NCBI RefSeq assembly: GCF_000195955.2
Contig: NC_000962.3
Coordinates: forward strand, 2,520,001-2,552,000
Source: Mycobacterium tuberculosis H37Rv
Lineage (GTDB): Bacteria > Actinomycetota > Actinomycetes > Mycobacteriales > Mycobacteriaceae
Length of the DNA stretch: 32,000 nt
Reading direction: 5' to 3'
The position numbers were made by a program, and so were the translations under genes. Under the pieces are notes generated by a model. The model was given only the letters and a program-made list of their open reading frames with translations. It had not been told where the DNA came from and made no database searches. Shown here piece after piece: positions 1 through 8,975 of this stretch; the stretch's first letter is position 1; every line of letters starts with the position of its first letter.

Positions 1-1
1 G

Positions 2-712
2 CAGCAGATTGTGCTGGGAGAGGCCGATGCCGCCATCTGCGGCGGCGTGGAGACCAGGATCGAAGCGGTGCCCATCGCCGGGTTCGCTCAGATGCGCATC
101 GTGATGTCCACCAACAACGACGACCCCGCCGGTGCATGCCGCCCATTCGACAGGGACCGCGACGGCTTTGTGTTCGGCGAGGGCGGCGCCCTTCTGTTGA
201 TCGAGACCGAGGAGCACGCCAAGGCACGTGGCGCCAACATCCTGGCCCGGATCATGGGCGCCAGCATCACCTCCGATGGCTTCCACATGGTGGCCCCGGA
301 CCCCAACGGGGAACGCGCCGGGCATGCGATTACGCGGGCGATTCAGCTGGCGGGCCTCGCCCCCGGCGACATCGACCACGTCAATGCGCACGCCACCGGC
401 ACCCAGGTCGGCGACCTGGCCGAAGGCAGGGCCATCAACAACGCCTTGGGCGGCAACCGACCGGCGGTGTACGCCCCCAAGTCTGCCCTCGGCCACTCGG
501 TGGGCGCGGTCGGCGCGGTCGAATCGATCTTGACGGTGCTCGCGTTGCGCGATCAGGTGATCCCGCCGACACTGAATCTGGTAAACCTCGATCCCGAGAT
601 CGATTTGGACGTGGTGGCGGGTGAACCGCGACCGGGCAATTACCGGTATGCGATCAATAACTCGTTCGGATTCGGCGGCCACAACGTGGCAATCGCCTTC
701 GGACGGTACTAA
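2..712 (+). CDS. kasB: beta-ketoacyl-ACP synthase, C-terminal part (5' end lies outside the window); KasB by context
   Basis: Frame is open from the window edge to TAA at 710-712. Thiolase-fold KAS motifs are present: [32 protein letters not shown]. It is immediately followed by accD6, as at the end of the mycobacterial FAS-II operon. Confidence 0.9.
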   Translation, partial: QQIVLGEADAAICGGVETRIEAVPIAGFAQMRIVMSTNNDDPAGACRPFDRDRDGFVFGEGGALLLIETEEHAKARGANILARIMGASITSDGFHMVAPDPNGERAGHAITRAIQLAGLAPGDIDHVNAHATGTQVGDLAEGRAINNALGGNRPAVYAPKSALGHSVGAVGAVESILTVLALRDQVIPPTLNLVNLDPEIDLDVVAGEPRPGNYRYAINNSFGFGGHNVAIAFGRY

Positions 713-742
713 ACCCCAGCGTTACGCGACAGGAGACCTGCG

Positions 743-2164
743 ATGACAATCATGGCCCCCGAGGCGGTTGGCGAGTCGCTCGACCCCCGCGATCCGCTGT
801 TGCGGCTGAGCAACTTCTTCGACGACGGCAGCGTGGAATTGCTGCACGAGCGTGACCGCTCCGGAGTGCTGGCCGCGGCGGGCACCGTCAACGGTGTGCG
901 CACCATCGCGTTCTGCACCGACGGCACCGTGATGGGCGGCGCCATGGGCGTCGAGGGGTGCACGCACATCGTCAACGCCTACGACACTGCCATCGAAGAC
1001 CAGAGTCCCATCGTGGGCATCTGGCATTCGGGTGGTGCCCGGCTGGCTGAAGGTGTGCGGGCGCTGCACGCGGTAGGCCAGGTGTTCGAAGCCATGATCC
1101 GCGCGTCCGGCTACATCCCGCAGATCTCGGTGGTCGTCGGTTTCGCCGCCGGCGGCGCCGCCTACGGACCGGCGTTGACCGACGTCGTCGTCATGGCGCC
1201 GGAAAGCCGGGTGTTCGTCACCGGGCCCGACGTGGTGCGCAGCGTCACCGGCGAGGACGTCGACATGGCCTCGCTCGGTGGGCCGGAGACCCACCACAAG
1301 AAGTCCGGGGTGTGCCACATCGTCGCCGACGACGAACTCGATGCCTACGACCGTGGGCGCCGGTTGGTCGGATTGTTCTGCCAGCAGGGGCATTTCGATC
1401 GCAGCAAGGCCGAGGCCGGTGACACCGACATCCACGCGCTGCTGCCGGAATCCTCGCGACGTGCCTACGACGTGCGTCCGATCGTGACGGCGATCCTCGA
1501 TGCGGACACACCGTTCGACGAGTTCCAGGCCAATTGGGCGCCGTCGATGGTGGTCGGGCTGGGTCGGCTGTCGGGTCGCACGGTGGGTGTACTGGCCAAC
1601 AACCCGCTACGCCTGGGCGGCTGCCTGAACTCCGAAAGCGCAGAGAAGGCAGCGCGTTTCGTGCGGCTGTGCGACGCGTTCGGGATTCCGCTGGTGGTGG
1701 TGGTCGATGTGCCGGGCTATCTGCCCGGTGTCGACCAGGAGTGGGGTGGCGTGGTGCGCCGTGGCGCCAAGTTGCTGCACGCGTTCGGCGAGTGCACCGT
1801 TCCGCGGGTCACGCTGGTCACCCGAAAGACCTACGGCGGGGCATACATTGCGATGAACTCCCGGTCGTTGAACGCGACCAAGGTGTTCGCCTGGCCGGAC
1901 GCCGAGGTCGCGGTGATGGGCGCTAAGGCGGCCGTCGGCATCCTGCACAAGAAGAAGTTGGCCGCCGCTCCGGAGCACGAACGCGAAGCGCTGCACGACC
2001 AGTTGGCCGCCGAGCATGAGCGCATCGCCGGCGGGGTCGACAGTGCGCTGGACATCGGTGTGGTCGACGAGAAGATCGACCCGGCGCATACTCGCAGCAA
2101 GCTCACCGAGGCGCTGGCGCAGGCTCCGGCACGGCGCGGCCGCCACAAGAACATCCCGCTGTAG
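743..2164 (+). CDS. accD6: acyl-CoA carboxylase carboxyltransferase beta subunit AccD6 (473 aa)
   Basis: ATG at 743 is preceded by AGGAGA (731-736). Full-length carboxyltransferase-domain protein (GGARLAEG, GPALTDVVVM, VVDVPGYLPG). Sits 30 bp downstream of the kasB stop. Confidence 0.9.
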   Translation: MTIMAPEAVGESLDPRDPLLRLSNFFDDGSVELLHERDRSGVLAAAGTVNGVRTIAFCTDGTVMGGAMGVEGCTHIVNAYDTAIEDQSPIVGIWHSGGARLAEGVRALHAVGQVFEAMIRASGYIPQISVVVGFAAGGAAYGPALTDVVVMAPESRVFVTGPDVVRSVTGEDVDMASLGGPETHHKKSGVCHIVADDELDAYDRGRRLVGLFCQQGHFDRSKAEAGDTDIHALLPESSRRAYDVRPIVTAILDADTPFDEFQANWAPSMVVGLGRLSGRTVGVLANNPLRLGGCLNSESAEKAARFVRLCDAFGIPLVVVVDVPGYLPGVDQEWGGVVRRGAKLLHAFGECTVPRVTLVTRKTYGGAYIAMNSRSLNATKVFAWPDAEVAVMGAKAAVGILHKKKLAAAPEHEREALHDQLAAEHERIAGGVDSALDIGVVDEKIDPAHTRSKLTEALAQAPARRGRHKNIPL

Positions 2165-2172
2165 TTCTGACC

Positions 2173-2232
2173 GCGAGCAGACGCAGAATCGCACGCGCGA
2201 GGTCCGCGCCGTGCGATTCTGCGTCTGCTCGC
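2173..2232. terminator. GC-rich 23-bp-stem hairpin element (TRIT-like), putative operon-end terminator / dispersed repeat copy 1
   Basis: Perfect inverted repeat gcgagcagacgcagaatcgcacg (2173-2195) / cgtgcgattctgcgtctgctcgc (2210-2232) with a 14-nt loop. Starts 8 nt after the accD6 stop. No U-tract. Confidence 0.6.
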
Positions 2233-2287
2233 CAGTTATCCCCAGCGGTGGCTGGTCAACGCGAGGCGCTCCTCGCATGCTCGGACG

Positions 2288-3175
2288 GTGCCTACCGACG
2301 CGCTAACAATTCTCGAGAAGGCCGGCGGGTTCGCCACCACCGCGCAATTGCTCACGGTCATGACCCGCCAACAGCTCGACGTCCAAGTGAAAAACGGCGG
2401 CCTCGTTCGCGTTTGGTACGGGGTCTACGCGGCACAAGAGCCGGACCTGTTGGGCCGCTTGGCGGCTCTCGATGTGTTCATGGGGGGGCACGCCGTCGCG
2501 TGTCTGGGCACCGCCGCCGCGTTGTATGGATTCGACACGGAAAACACCGTCGCTATCCATATGCTCGATCCCGGAGTAAGGATGCGGCCCACGGTCGGTC
2601 TGATGGTCCACCAACGCGTCGGTGCCCGGCTCCAACGGGTGTCAGGTCGTCTCGCGACCGCGCCCGCATGGACTGCCGTGGAGGTCGCACGACAGTTGCG
2701 CCGCCCGCGGGCGCTGGCCACCCTCGACGCCGCACTACGGTCAATGCGCTGCGCTCGCAGTGAAATTGAAAACGCCGTTGCTGAGCAGCGAGGCCGCCGA
2801 GGCATCGTCGCGGCGCGCGAACTCTTACCCTTCGCCGACGGACGCGCGGAATCGGCCATGGAGAGCGAGGCTCGGCTCGTCATGATCGACCACGGGCTGC
2901 CGTTGCCCGAACTTCAATACCCGATACACGGCCACGGTGGTGAAATGTGGCGAGTCGACTTCGCCTGGCCCGACATGCGTCTCGCGGCCGAATACGAAAG
3001 CATCGAGTGGCACGCGGGACCGGCGGAGATGCTGCGCGACAAGACACGCTGGGCCAAGCTCCAAGAGCTCGGGTGGACGATTGTCCCGATTGTCGTCGAC
3101 GATGTCAGACGCGAACCCGGCCGCCTGGCGGCCCGCATCGCCCGCCACCTCGACCGCGCGCGTATGGCCGGCTGA
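2288..3175 (+). CDS. conserved hypothetical protein: AbiEi-like N-terminal wHTH plus DUF559-like restriction-endonuclease-fold C-terminus (Rv2248-like)
   Basis: 295-codon ORF with a GTG start at 2288. N-terminal GGFATTAQLL...GGLVRVWYGVYA. C-terminal RVDFAWPDMRLAAEYESIEWH...RDKTRWAKLQELGW. Domain calls were made by eye. Confidence 0.7.
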   Translation: MPTDALTILEKAGGFATTAQLLTVMTRQQLDVQVKNGGLVRVWYGVYAAQEPDLLGRLAALDVFMGGHAVACLGTAAALYGFDTENTVAIHMLDPGVRMRPTVGLMVHQRVGARLQRVSGRLATAPAWTAVEVARQLRRPRALATLDAALRSMRCARSEIENAVAEQRGRRGIVAARELLPFADGRAESAMESEARLVMIDHGLPLPELQYPIHGHGGEMWRVDFAWPDMRLAAEYESIEWHAGPAEMLRDKTRWAKLQELGWTIVPIVVDDVRREPGRLAARIARHLDRARMAG

Positions 3176-3183
3176 CCGCTGGT

Positions 3184-3236
3184 GAGCAGACGCAGAGTCG
3201 CACTGCGGCCGGCGCAGTGCGACTCTGCGTCTGCTC
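3184..3236. terminator. GC-rich 23-bp-stem hairpin element (TRIT-like), copy 2, between convergent genes
   Basis: Perfect inverted repeat gagcagacgcagagtcgcactgc (3184-3206) / gcagtgcgactctgcgtctgctc (3214-3236) with a 7-nt loop. Lies between the stop at 3175 (+) and the glpD1 stop at 3241-3243 (-). The 20-nt core differs from copy 1 at one base. Confidence 0.6.
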
Positions 3237-3240
3237 GCGC

Positions 3241-4791
3241 TCAACGGCTGAGGAACTCCTTAGCCACGGCGACTACGCGCTCGCGATCCCGTGGCACCAG
3301 ACCGATCCGGGTCCGGCGGTCGAGGATATCGTCCACATCCAGCGCCCCCTCATGGGTCACCGCGTATTCGAACTCCGCCCGGGTCACGTCGATGCCGTCG
3401 GCGACCGGCTCGGTGGGCCGCTCACATGTGGCGGCGGCAGCGACGTTGGCCGCCTCGGCCCCGTACCGCGCCACCAGCGACTCGGGCAATCCGGCGCCCG
3501 ATCCGGGGGCCGGCCCAGGGTTCGCCGGTGCGCCGATCAGCGGCAGGTTGCGAGTGCGGCACTTCGCGGCTCGCAGGTGTCGCAGCGTGATGGCGCGATT
3601 CAGCACATCCTCTGCCATGTAGCGGTATTCCGTCAGCTTGCCGCCGACCACACTGATCACGCCCGACGGCGATTCAAAAACAGCGTGGTCACGCGAAACG
3701 TCGGCGGTGCGGCCCTGGACACCAGCACCGCCGGTGTCGATTAGCGGCCGCAATCCCGCATAGGCACCGATGACATCCTTGGTGCCGACCGCCGTCCCCA
3801 ATGCGGTGTTCACCGTATCCAGCAGGAACGTGATCTCTTCCGAAGACGGTTGTGGCACATCGGGAATCGGGCCGGGTGCGTCTTCGTCGGTCAGCCCGAG
3901 ATAGATCCGGCCCAGCTGCTCGGGCATGGCGAACACGAAGCGGTTCAGCTCACCGGGGATCGGAATGGTCAGCGCGGCAGTCGGATTGGCAAACGACTTC
4001 GCGTCGAAGACCAGATGTGTGCCGCGGCTGGGGCGTAGCCTCAGGGACGGGTCGATCTCACCCGCCCACACGCCCGCCGCGTTGATGACGGCACGCGCCG
4101 ACAGCGCGAACGACTGCCGGGTGCGCCGGTCGGTCAACTCCACCGAAGTGCCGGTGACATTCGACGCGCCCACGTAAGTGAGGATGCGGGCGCCGTGCTG
4201 GGCCGCGGTGCGCGCGACGGCCATGACCAGCCGGGCGTCGTCGATCAATTGCCCGTCGTACGCGAGCAGACCACCGTCGAGGCCGTCCCGCCGAACGGTG
4301 GGAGCAATCTCCACCACCCGTGACGCCGGGATTCGGCGCGATCGGGGCAACGTCGCCGCCGGCGTACCCGCTAGCACCCGCAAAGCGTCGCCGGCCAGGA
4401 AACCGGCACGCACCAACGCCCGCTTGGTGTGACCCATCGACGGCAACAACGGGACCAGTTGCGGCATGGCATGCACGAGATGAGGAGCGTTGCGTGTCAT
4501 CAGGATTCCGCGTTCGACGGCGCTGCGCCGGGCGATGCCCACGTTGCCGCTGGCCAGATAGCGCAGACCGCCGTGCACCAACTTCGAGCTCCAGCGGCTG
4601 GTGCCGAACGCCAGATCATGCTTTTCCACCAAGGCCACCGTCAGACCGCGGGTGGCAGCATCTAAGGCAATGCCAACACCGGTAATGCCGCCGCCTATCA
4701 CGATGACGTCGAGTGCGCCACCGTCGGCCAGTGCGGTCAGGTCGGCGGAGCGACGCGCCGCGTTGAGTGCAGCCGAGTGGGGCATCAGCAC
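3241..4791 (-). CDS. glpD1: FAD-dependent glycerol-3-phosphate dehydrogenase GlpD1 (516 aa with the GTG start; an ATG lies 2 codons downstream)
   Basis: N-terminal dinucleotide fold VIVIGGGITGVGIALDAATRGL. Full-length GlpD-type sequence. Its start overlaps the stop of the upstream TetR gene. Confidence 0.9.
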   Translation of the reverse strand: MLMPHSAALNAARRSADLTALADGGALDVIVIGGGITGVGIALDAATRGLTVALVEKHDLAFGTSRWSSKLVHGGLRYLASGNVGIARRSAVERGILMTRNAPHLVHAMPQLVPLLPSMGHTKRALVRAGFLAGDALRVLAGTPAATLPRSRRIPASRVVEIAPTVRRDGLDGGLLAYDGQLIDDARLVMAVARTAAQHGARILTYVGASNVTGTSVELTDRRTRQSFALSARAVINAAGVWAGEIDPSLRLRPSRGTHLVFDAKSFANPTAALTIPIPGELNRFVFAMPEQLGRIYLGLTDEDAPGPIPDVPQPSSEEITFLLDTVNTALGTAVGTKDVIGAYAGLRPLIDTGGAGVQGRTADVSRDHAVFESPSGVISVVGGKLTEYRYMAEDVLNRAITLRHLRAAKCRTRNLPLIGAPANPGPAPGSGAGLPESLVARYGAEAANVAAAATCERPTEPVADGIDVTRAEFEYAVTHEGALDVDDILDRRTRIGLVPRDRERVVAVAKEFLSR

Positions 4792-5354
4792 AAATATCCG
4801 TTCAGTGCGTGGGTAAGTTCGGTGGCCAGCGCGGCGGAATCGAGGATCGAATCGACGATGTCCGCGGACTGGATGGTCGACTGGGCGATCAGCAACACCA
4901 TGGTCGCCAGTCGACGAGCGTCGCCGGAGCGCACACTGCCCGACCGCTGCGCCACTGTCAGCCGGGCGGCCAACCCCTCGATCAGGACCTGCTGGCTGGT
5001 GCCGAGGCGCTCGGTGATGTACACCCTGGCCAGCTCCGAGTGCATGACCGACATGATCAGATCGTCACCCCGCAACCGGTCGGCCACCGCGACAATCTGC
5101 TTTACCAACGCTTCCCGGTCGTCCCCGTCGAGGGGCACCTCCCGCAGCACGTCGGCGATATGGCTGGTCAGCATGGACGCCATGATCGACCGGGTGTCCG
5201 GCCAGCGACGGTATACGGTCGGGCGGCTCACGCCCGCGCGCCGGGCGATCTCGGCAAGTGTCACCCGGTCCACGCCGTAATCGACGACGCAGCTCGCCGC
5301 TGCCCGCAGGATACGACCACCGGTATCCGCGCGGTCATTACTCATTGACAGCAT
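4785..5354 (-). CDS. TetR-family transcriptional regulator (189 aa, Rv2250c-like)
   Basis: HTH sequence TLAEIARRAGVSRPTVYRRWPD. ATG at 5354 (a second ATG at 5345). The 399-aa track ORF extends upstream only as antisense read-through of the neighbouring gene. Confidence 0.85.
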   Translation of the reverse strand: MLSMSNDRADTGGRILRAAASCVVDYGVDRVTLAEIARRAGVSRPTVYRRWPDTRSIMASMLTSHIADVLREVPLDGDDREALVKQIVAVADRLRGDDLIMSVMHSELARVYITERLGTSQQVLIEGLAARLTVAQRSGSVRSGDARRLATMVLLIAQSTIQSADIVDSILDSAALATELTHALNGYLC

Positions 5355-5371
5355 GTGTAATACTGTAACGC
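5355..5371. promoter_or_regulatory. 17-bp divergent intergenic region with overlapping candidate -10 hexamers for two probably leaderless genes
   Basis: Plus strand: tactgt (5361-5366), then 5 nt, then GTG at 5372. Minus strand: tacagt (5367-5362), then 7 nt, then ATG at 5354. Both hexamers fit the mycobacterial TANNNT -10 consensus. Confidence 0.4.
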
Positions 5372-6992
5372 GTGACTCACCGCGAGGAACTCCTTCCACC
5401 GATGAAATGGGACGCGTGGGGAGATCCCGCCGCGGCCAAGCCACTTTCTGATGGCGTCCGGTCGTTGCTGAAGCAGGTTGTGGGCCTAGCGGACTCGGAG
5501 CAGCCCGAACTCGACCCCGCGCAGGTGCAGCTGCGCCCGTCCGCCCTGTCGGGGGCAGACCACGATGCGCTGGCGCGCATCGTCGGCACCGAGTATTTCC
5601 GCACCGCCGATCGCGACCGGCTGCTGCACGCCGGCGGCAAGTCCACCCCAGACCTGCTGCGGCGCAAAGACACCGGTGTCCAGGATGCGCCCGACGCGGT
5701 GTTGCTGCCCGGCGGCCCCAACGGGGGAGGACGCCGTCGCCGACATCTTGCACTACTGCTCCGACCACGGCATTGCCGTGGTCCCGTTTGGTGGCGGCAC
5801 CAGCGTCGTTGGTGGGCTTGACCCCGTTCGCAACGACTTTCGCGCGGTGATCTCCCTGGATATGCGGCGCTTCGACCGGCTGCACCGGATCGATGAGGTG
5901 TCCGGCGAGGCCGAACTGGAGGCCGGTGTCACCGGGCCGGAAGCCGAACGTCTGCTCGGCGAACATGGCTTCTCGCTCGGGCACTTCCCGCAGAGCTTCG
6001 AGTTCGCCACCATCGGGGGGTTCGCGGCCACCCGCTCGTCAGGCCAGGACTCGGCTGGCTATGGCCGGTTCAACGACATGATTCTTGGGCTGCGCATGAT
6101 CACTCCGGTGGGGGTGCTGGATCTGGGTCGAGTGCCGGCGTCGGCGGCCGGCCCGGACCTGCGCCAGCTGGCGATCGGCTCCGAAGGCGTCTTCGGCGTC
6201 ATCACCCGGGTGCGGCTGCGGGTGCACCGGATTCCGGAATCGACGCGTTACGAGGCGTGGTCGTTTCCCGATTTCGCGACCGGGGTTGCGGCGCTGCGCA
6301 CCATCACCCAAACCGGCACCGGCCCCACCGTCGTTCGGCTCTCTGACGAGGCCGAAACCGGCGTCAACCTCGCCACCACCGAGGCGATCGGGGAAACCCA
6401 AATCACCGGCGGCTGTTTGGGGATCACCGTGTTCGAGGGCACCCAGGAACACACCGAGAGCAGGCACGCCGAGACGCGCGCGTTGCTGGCGGCCCGAGGC
6501 GGCACCTCGTTGGGCGAAGGACCGGCGCGGGCCTGGGAACGCGGCAGGTTCGCCGCGCCGTATCTGCGTGACTCCCTGTTGGCCGCGGGAGCGCTCTGCG
6601 AGACCCTCGAGACCGCCACGGTGTGGTCCAACACCCCCGTGCTGAAGGCCGCCGTGACCGAAGCGCTCACCACCTCGCTGGCCGCATCGGGTACACCGGC
6701 GCTGGTGATGTGCCACGTGTCGCACGTGTATCCCACCGGCGCGTCGTTGTACTTCACCGTTGTCGCCGGGCAGCGAGGCGATCCGATCGAGCAGTGGCTG
6801 GCCGCCAAGAAGGCGGCGTCGGATGCGATCATGGCCACCGGAGGAACGATCACGCACCACCATGCGGTTGGTTCCGACCACCGCCCCTGGATGCGCGCGG
6901 AGGTGGGTGATCTGGGCGTGACATTGTTGCGCACGATCAAGGCGACGCTGGATCCGGCCGGAATTCTCAACCCTGGCAAGCTGATTCCATGA
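5372..6992 (+). pseudogene. FAD-linked oxidase (alkyl-DHAP-synthase-like flavoprotein) split by a +1 frameshift (Rv2250A/Rv2251-like)
   Basis: Two overlapping ORFs, 5372-5821 and 5565-6992, lie in different frames. The protein sense continues across the G5 run at 5723-5727 (..AVLLPGGPNG / EDAVADILHYC..). The FAD_binding_4 motif VVPFGGGTSVVGG lies just after the junction. The span is 1621 nt, a multiple of three plus 1. Confidence 0.8.
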
Positions 6993-7918
6993 GCGCCGGG
7001 CAGCTGCGCCGGCATGAGATCGGCAAGGTCACCGCGCTGACCAATCCCCTGTCAGGCCATGGCGCCGCCGTAAAGGCTGCACACGGCGCGATCGCCCGGC
7101 TGAAGCATCGGGGGGTGGACGTCGTCGAGATCGTCGGCGGGGACGCCCACGACGCACGCCATCTGCTCGCCGCGGCAGTCGCAAAAGGCACTGACGCGGT
7201 GATGGTGACCGGCGGTGACGGAGTCGTCTCCAACGCGCTACAGGTCTTGGCGGGCACCGACATTCCGTTAGGAATCATTCCGGCCGGCACTGGTAACGAC
7301 CACGCACGCGAATTCGGGCTTCCCACAAAGAATCCCAAGGCAGCCGCAGATATCGTTGTTGACGGCTGGACGGAAACCATTGACCTGGGCCGGATTCAAG
7401 ACGACAACGGTATCGAAAAGTGGTTCGGTACCGTGGCGGCTACCGGATTCGACTCCCTGGTCAACGATCGCGCCAACCGAATGCGCTGGCCACACGGGCG
7501 GATGCGCTATTACATCGCGATGCTCGCCGAACTGTCGCGGCTGCGGCCGTTGCCGTTCCGGCTGGTGCTCGACGGCACCGAAGAGATCGTCGCCGACCTC
7601 ACACTTGCCGACTTCGGCAATACCCGCAGCTACGGCGGCGGATTATTGATCTGCCCCAACGCCGACCACTCGGACGGCCTGCTCGACATCACCATGGCCC
7701 AGTCGGATTCCCGTACCAAGTTGCTCCGCCTGTTCCCCACCATTTTCAAAGGCGCCCATGTCGAGCTTGACGAGGTGAGCACCACACGAGCCAAGACAGT
7801 CCACGTCGAGTGCCCCGGTATCAACGTCTATGCCGACGGCGACTTCGCCTGCCCGTTACCAGCCGAGATCTCCGCGGTGCCGGCCGCCCTTCAGGTTCTT
7901 CGCCCCCGCCACGGATAA
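6989..7918 (+). CDS. diacylglycerol-kinase-fold lipid kinase (309 aa, Rv2252-like)
   Basis: DAGK catalytic-domain motifs VMVTGGDGVVSNAL and IIPAGTGNDHAREFG. ATGA overlap with the upstream gene at 6989-6992. Confidence 0.88.
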   Translation: MSAGQLRRHEIGKVTALTNPLSGHGAAVKAAHGAIARLKHRGVDVVEIVGGDAHDARHLLAAAVAKGTDAVMVTGGDGVVSNALQVLAGTDIPLGIIPAGTGNDHAREFGLPTKNPKAAADIVVDGWTETIDLGRIQDDNGIEKWFGTVAATGFDSLVNDRANRMRWPHGRMRYYIAMLAELSRLRPLPFRLVLDGTEEIVADLTLADFGNTRSYGGGLLICPNADHSDGLLDITMAQSDSRTKLLRLFPTIFKGAHVELDEVSTTRAKTVHVECPGINVYADGDFACPLPAEISAVPAALQVLRPRHG

Positions 7919-7983
7919 GCGGGTGGTAACGACTCGGTCGTAAAGCGCGACATCCTTCCAAACCCGCTGTACGGGAGGAACAG

Positions 7984-8487
7984 ATGTCCGGACACCGCAA
8001 GAAGGCAATGCTCGCCTTGGCGGCTGCGTCGCTGGCAGCGACGCTGGCCCCGAACGCAGTCGCGGCCGCAGAACCGTCGTGGAACGGGCAGTACCTCGTG
8101 ACGTTGTCTGCCAACGCGAAAACCGGCACCAGCATGGCGGCCAACCGGCCAGAGTATCCACACAAAGCGAACTACACGTTCAGCTCGCGCTGCGCGTCCG
8201 ATGTCTGCATTGCCACCGTGGTCGACGCTCCGCCACCAAAAAACGAGTTCATCCCGCGGCCAATCGAATACACCTGGAATGGGACTCAATGGGTACGGGA
8301 GATCAGCTGGCAATGGGACTGCCTGCTACCCGACGGCACAATCGAATATGCCCCAGCCAAATCGATCACGGCCTACACGCCCGGTCAGTACGGAATCCTC
8401 ACCGGCGTCTTTCATACCGATATCGCCAGCGGCACGTGTAAAGGCAATGTCGACATGCCAGTGTCGGCCAAACCGATCGTTGGCTGA
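7984..8487 (+). CDS. secreted protein of unknown function (167 aa, Rv2253-like)
   Basis: SD GGGAGGA precedes the ATG at 7984. Signal peptide MSGHRKKAMLALAAASLAATLAPNAVAAA. The mature part contains four Cys. Confidence 0.75.
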   Translation: MSGHRKKAMLALAAASLAATLAPNAVAAAEPSWNGQYLVTLSANAKTGTSMAANRPEYPHKANYTFSSRCASDVCIATVVDAPPPKNEFIPRPIEYTWNGTQWVREISWQWDCLLPDGTIEYAPAKSITAYTPGQYGILTGVFHTDIASGTCKGNVDMPVSAKPIVG

Positions 8488-8519
8488 CGTTGCCAGCCCT
8501 GCCGAGCATGGGCGGCACA

Positions 8520-8975
8520 TCACGCAAACGCATGGACGACCAGCACAGCCCCGAATGCGGCGATAACGGCGTTGCCGGCAAGGACTGTCATCCGACGGAC
8601 GCGGGCGGTCGCCCGGGACCTGAGAAACGCTCCCGCCGAGACAAGCAGCAACTGCCAGAGCAACGACGCGAGCGCTACCCCGACCACAACAGCGATCGCG
8701 GTCGTTGCGCGCAACGCGCGCGCCAGCGTCACGGCTACTGCGGTGAAGTACACGAACGTGGCCGGGTTGATCGCCGTTAGGCCGAAGATCAACGCAAACC
8801 GAACACAGCCCAGCTGTTTTTGTGGGGCCGGAACCGGCTCCGGCGATGGACGCAACCCGTGCCCGATTCCCATCGCAGCGATGACCAGCAGCACGATCGC
8901 ACCGACGATTTCGGGCCAAACCCTCAACACGTTGATCGTCGGTGCCGCAACTGTCTCCAAATCGCGGTAGCGCAA
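8520..8975 (-). CDS. integral membrane protein, LysE/RhtB-type translocator lacking the N-terminal helices (Rv2254c-like)
   Basis: Hydrophobic 151-aa ORF with the LysE-family-like segment FALIFGLTAINPATFVYFTAVA. It is about 50 aa shorter than typical family members. Confidence 0.6.
   Translation of the reverse strand: MRYRDLETVAAPTINVLRVWPEIVGAIVLLVIAAMGIGHGLRPSPEPVPAPQKQLGCVRFALIFGLTAINPATFVYFTAVAVTLARALRATTAIAVVVGVALASLLWQLLLVSAGAFLRSRATARVRRMTVLAGNAVIAAFGAVLVVHAFA

Noticed and set aside
5355-5984. N-terminal 210-aa extension of the TetR ORF (399-aa track ORF 4785-5984)
   Set aside because: The extension is Arg/Ala/Gly-rich and antisense to the flavoprotein gene. The TetR HTH begins about 20 aa after the ATG at 5354, which gives a normal-length regulator.
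7918-7968. 7-bp inverted repeat agcgggt / acccgct spanning the spacer after the lipid kinase stop
   Set aside because: It has a 37-nt loop and a short stem, so it is weak evidence for a terminator or regulatory structure.
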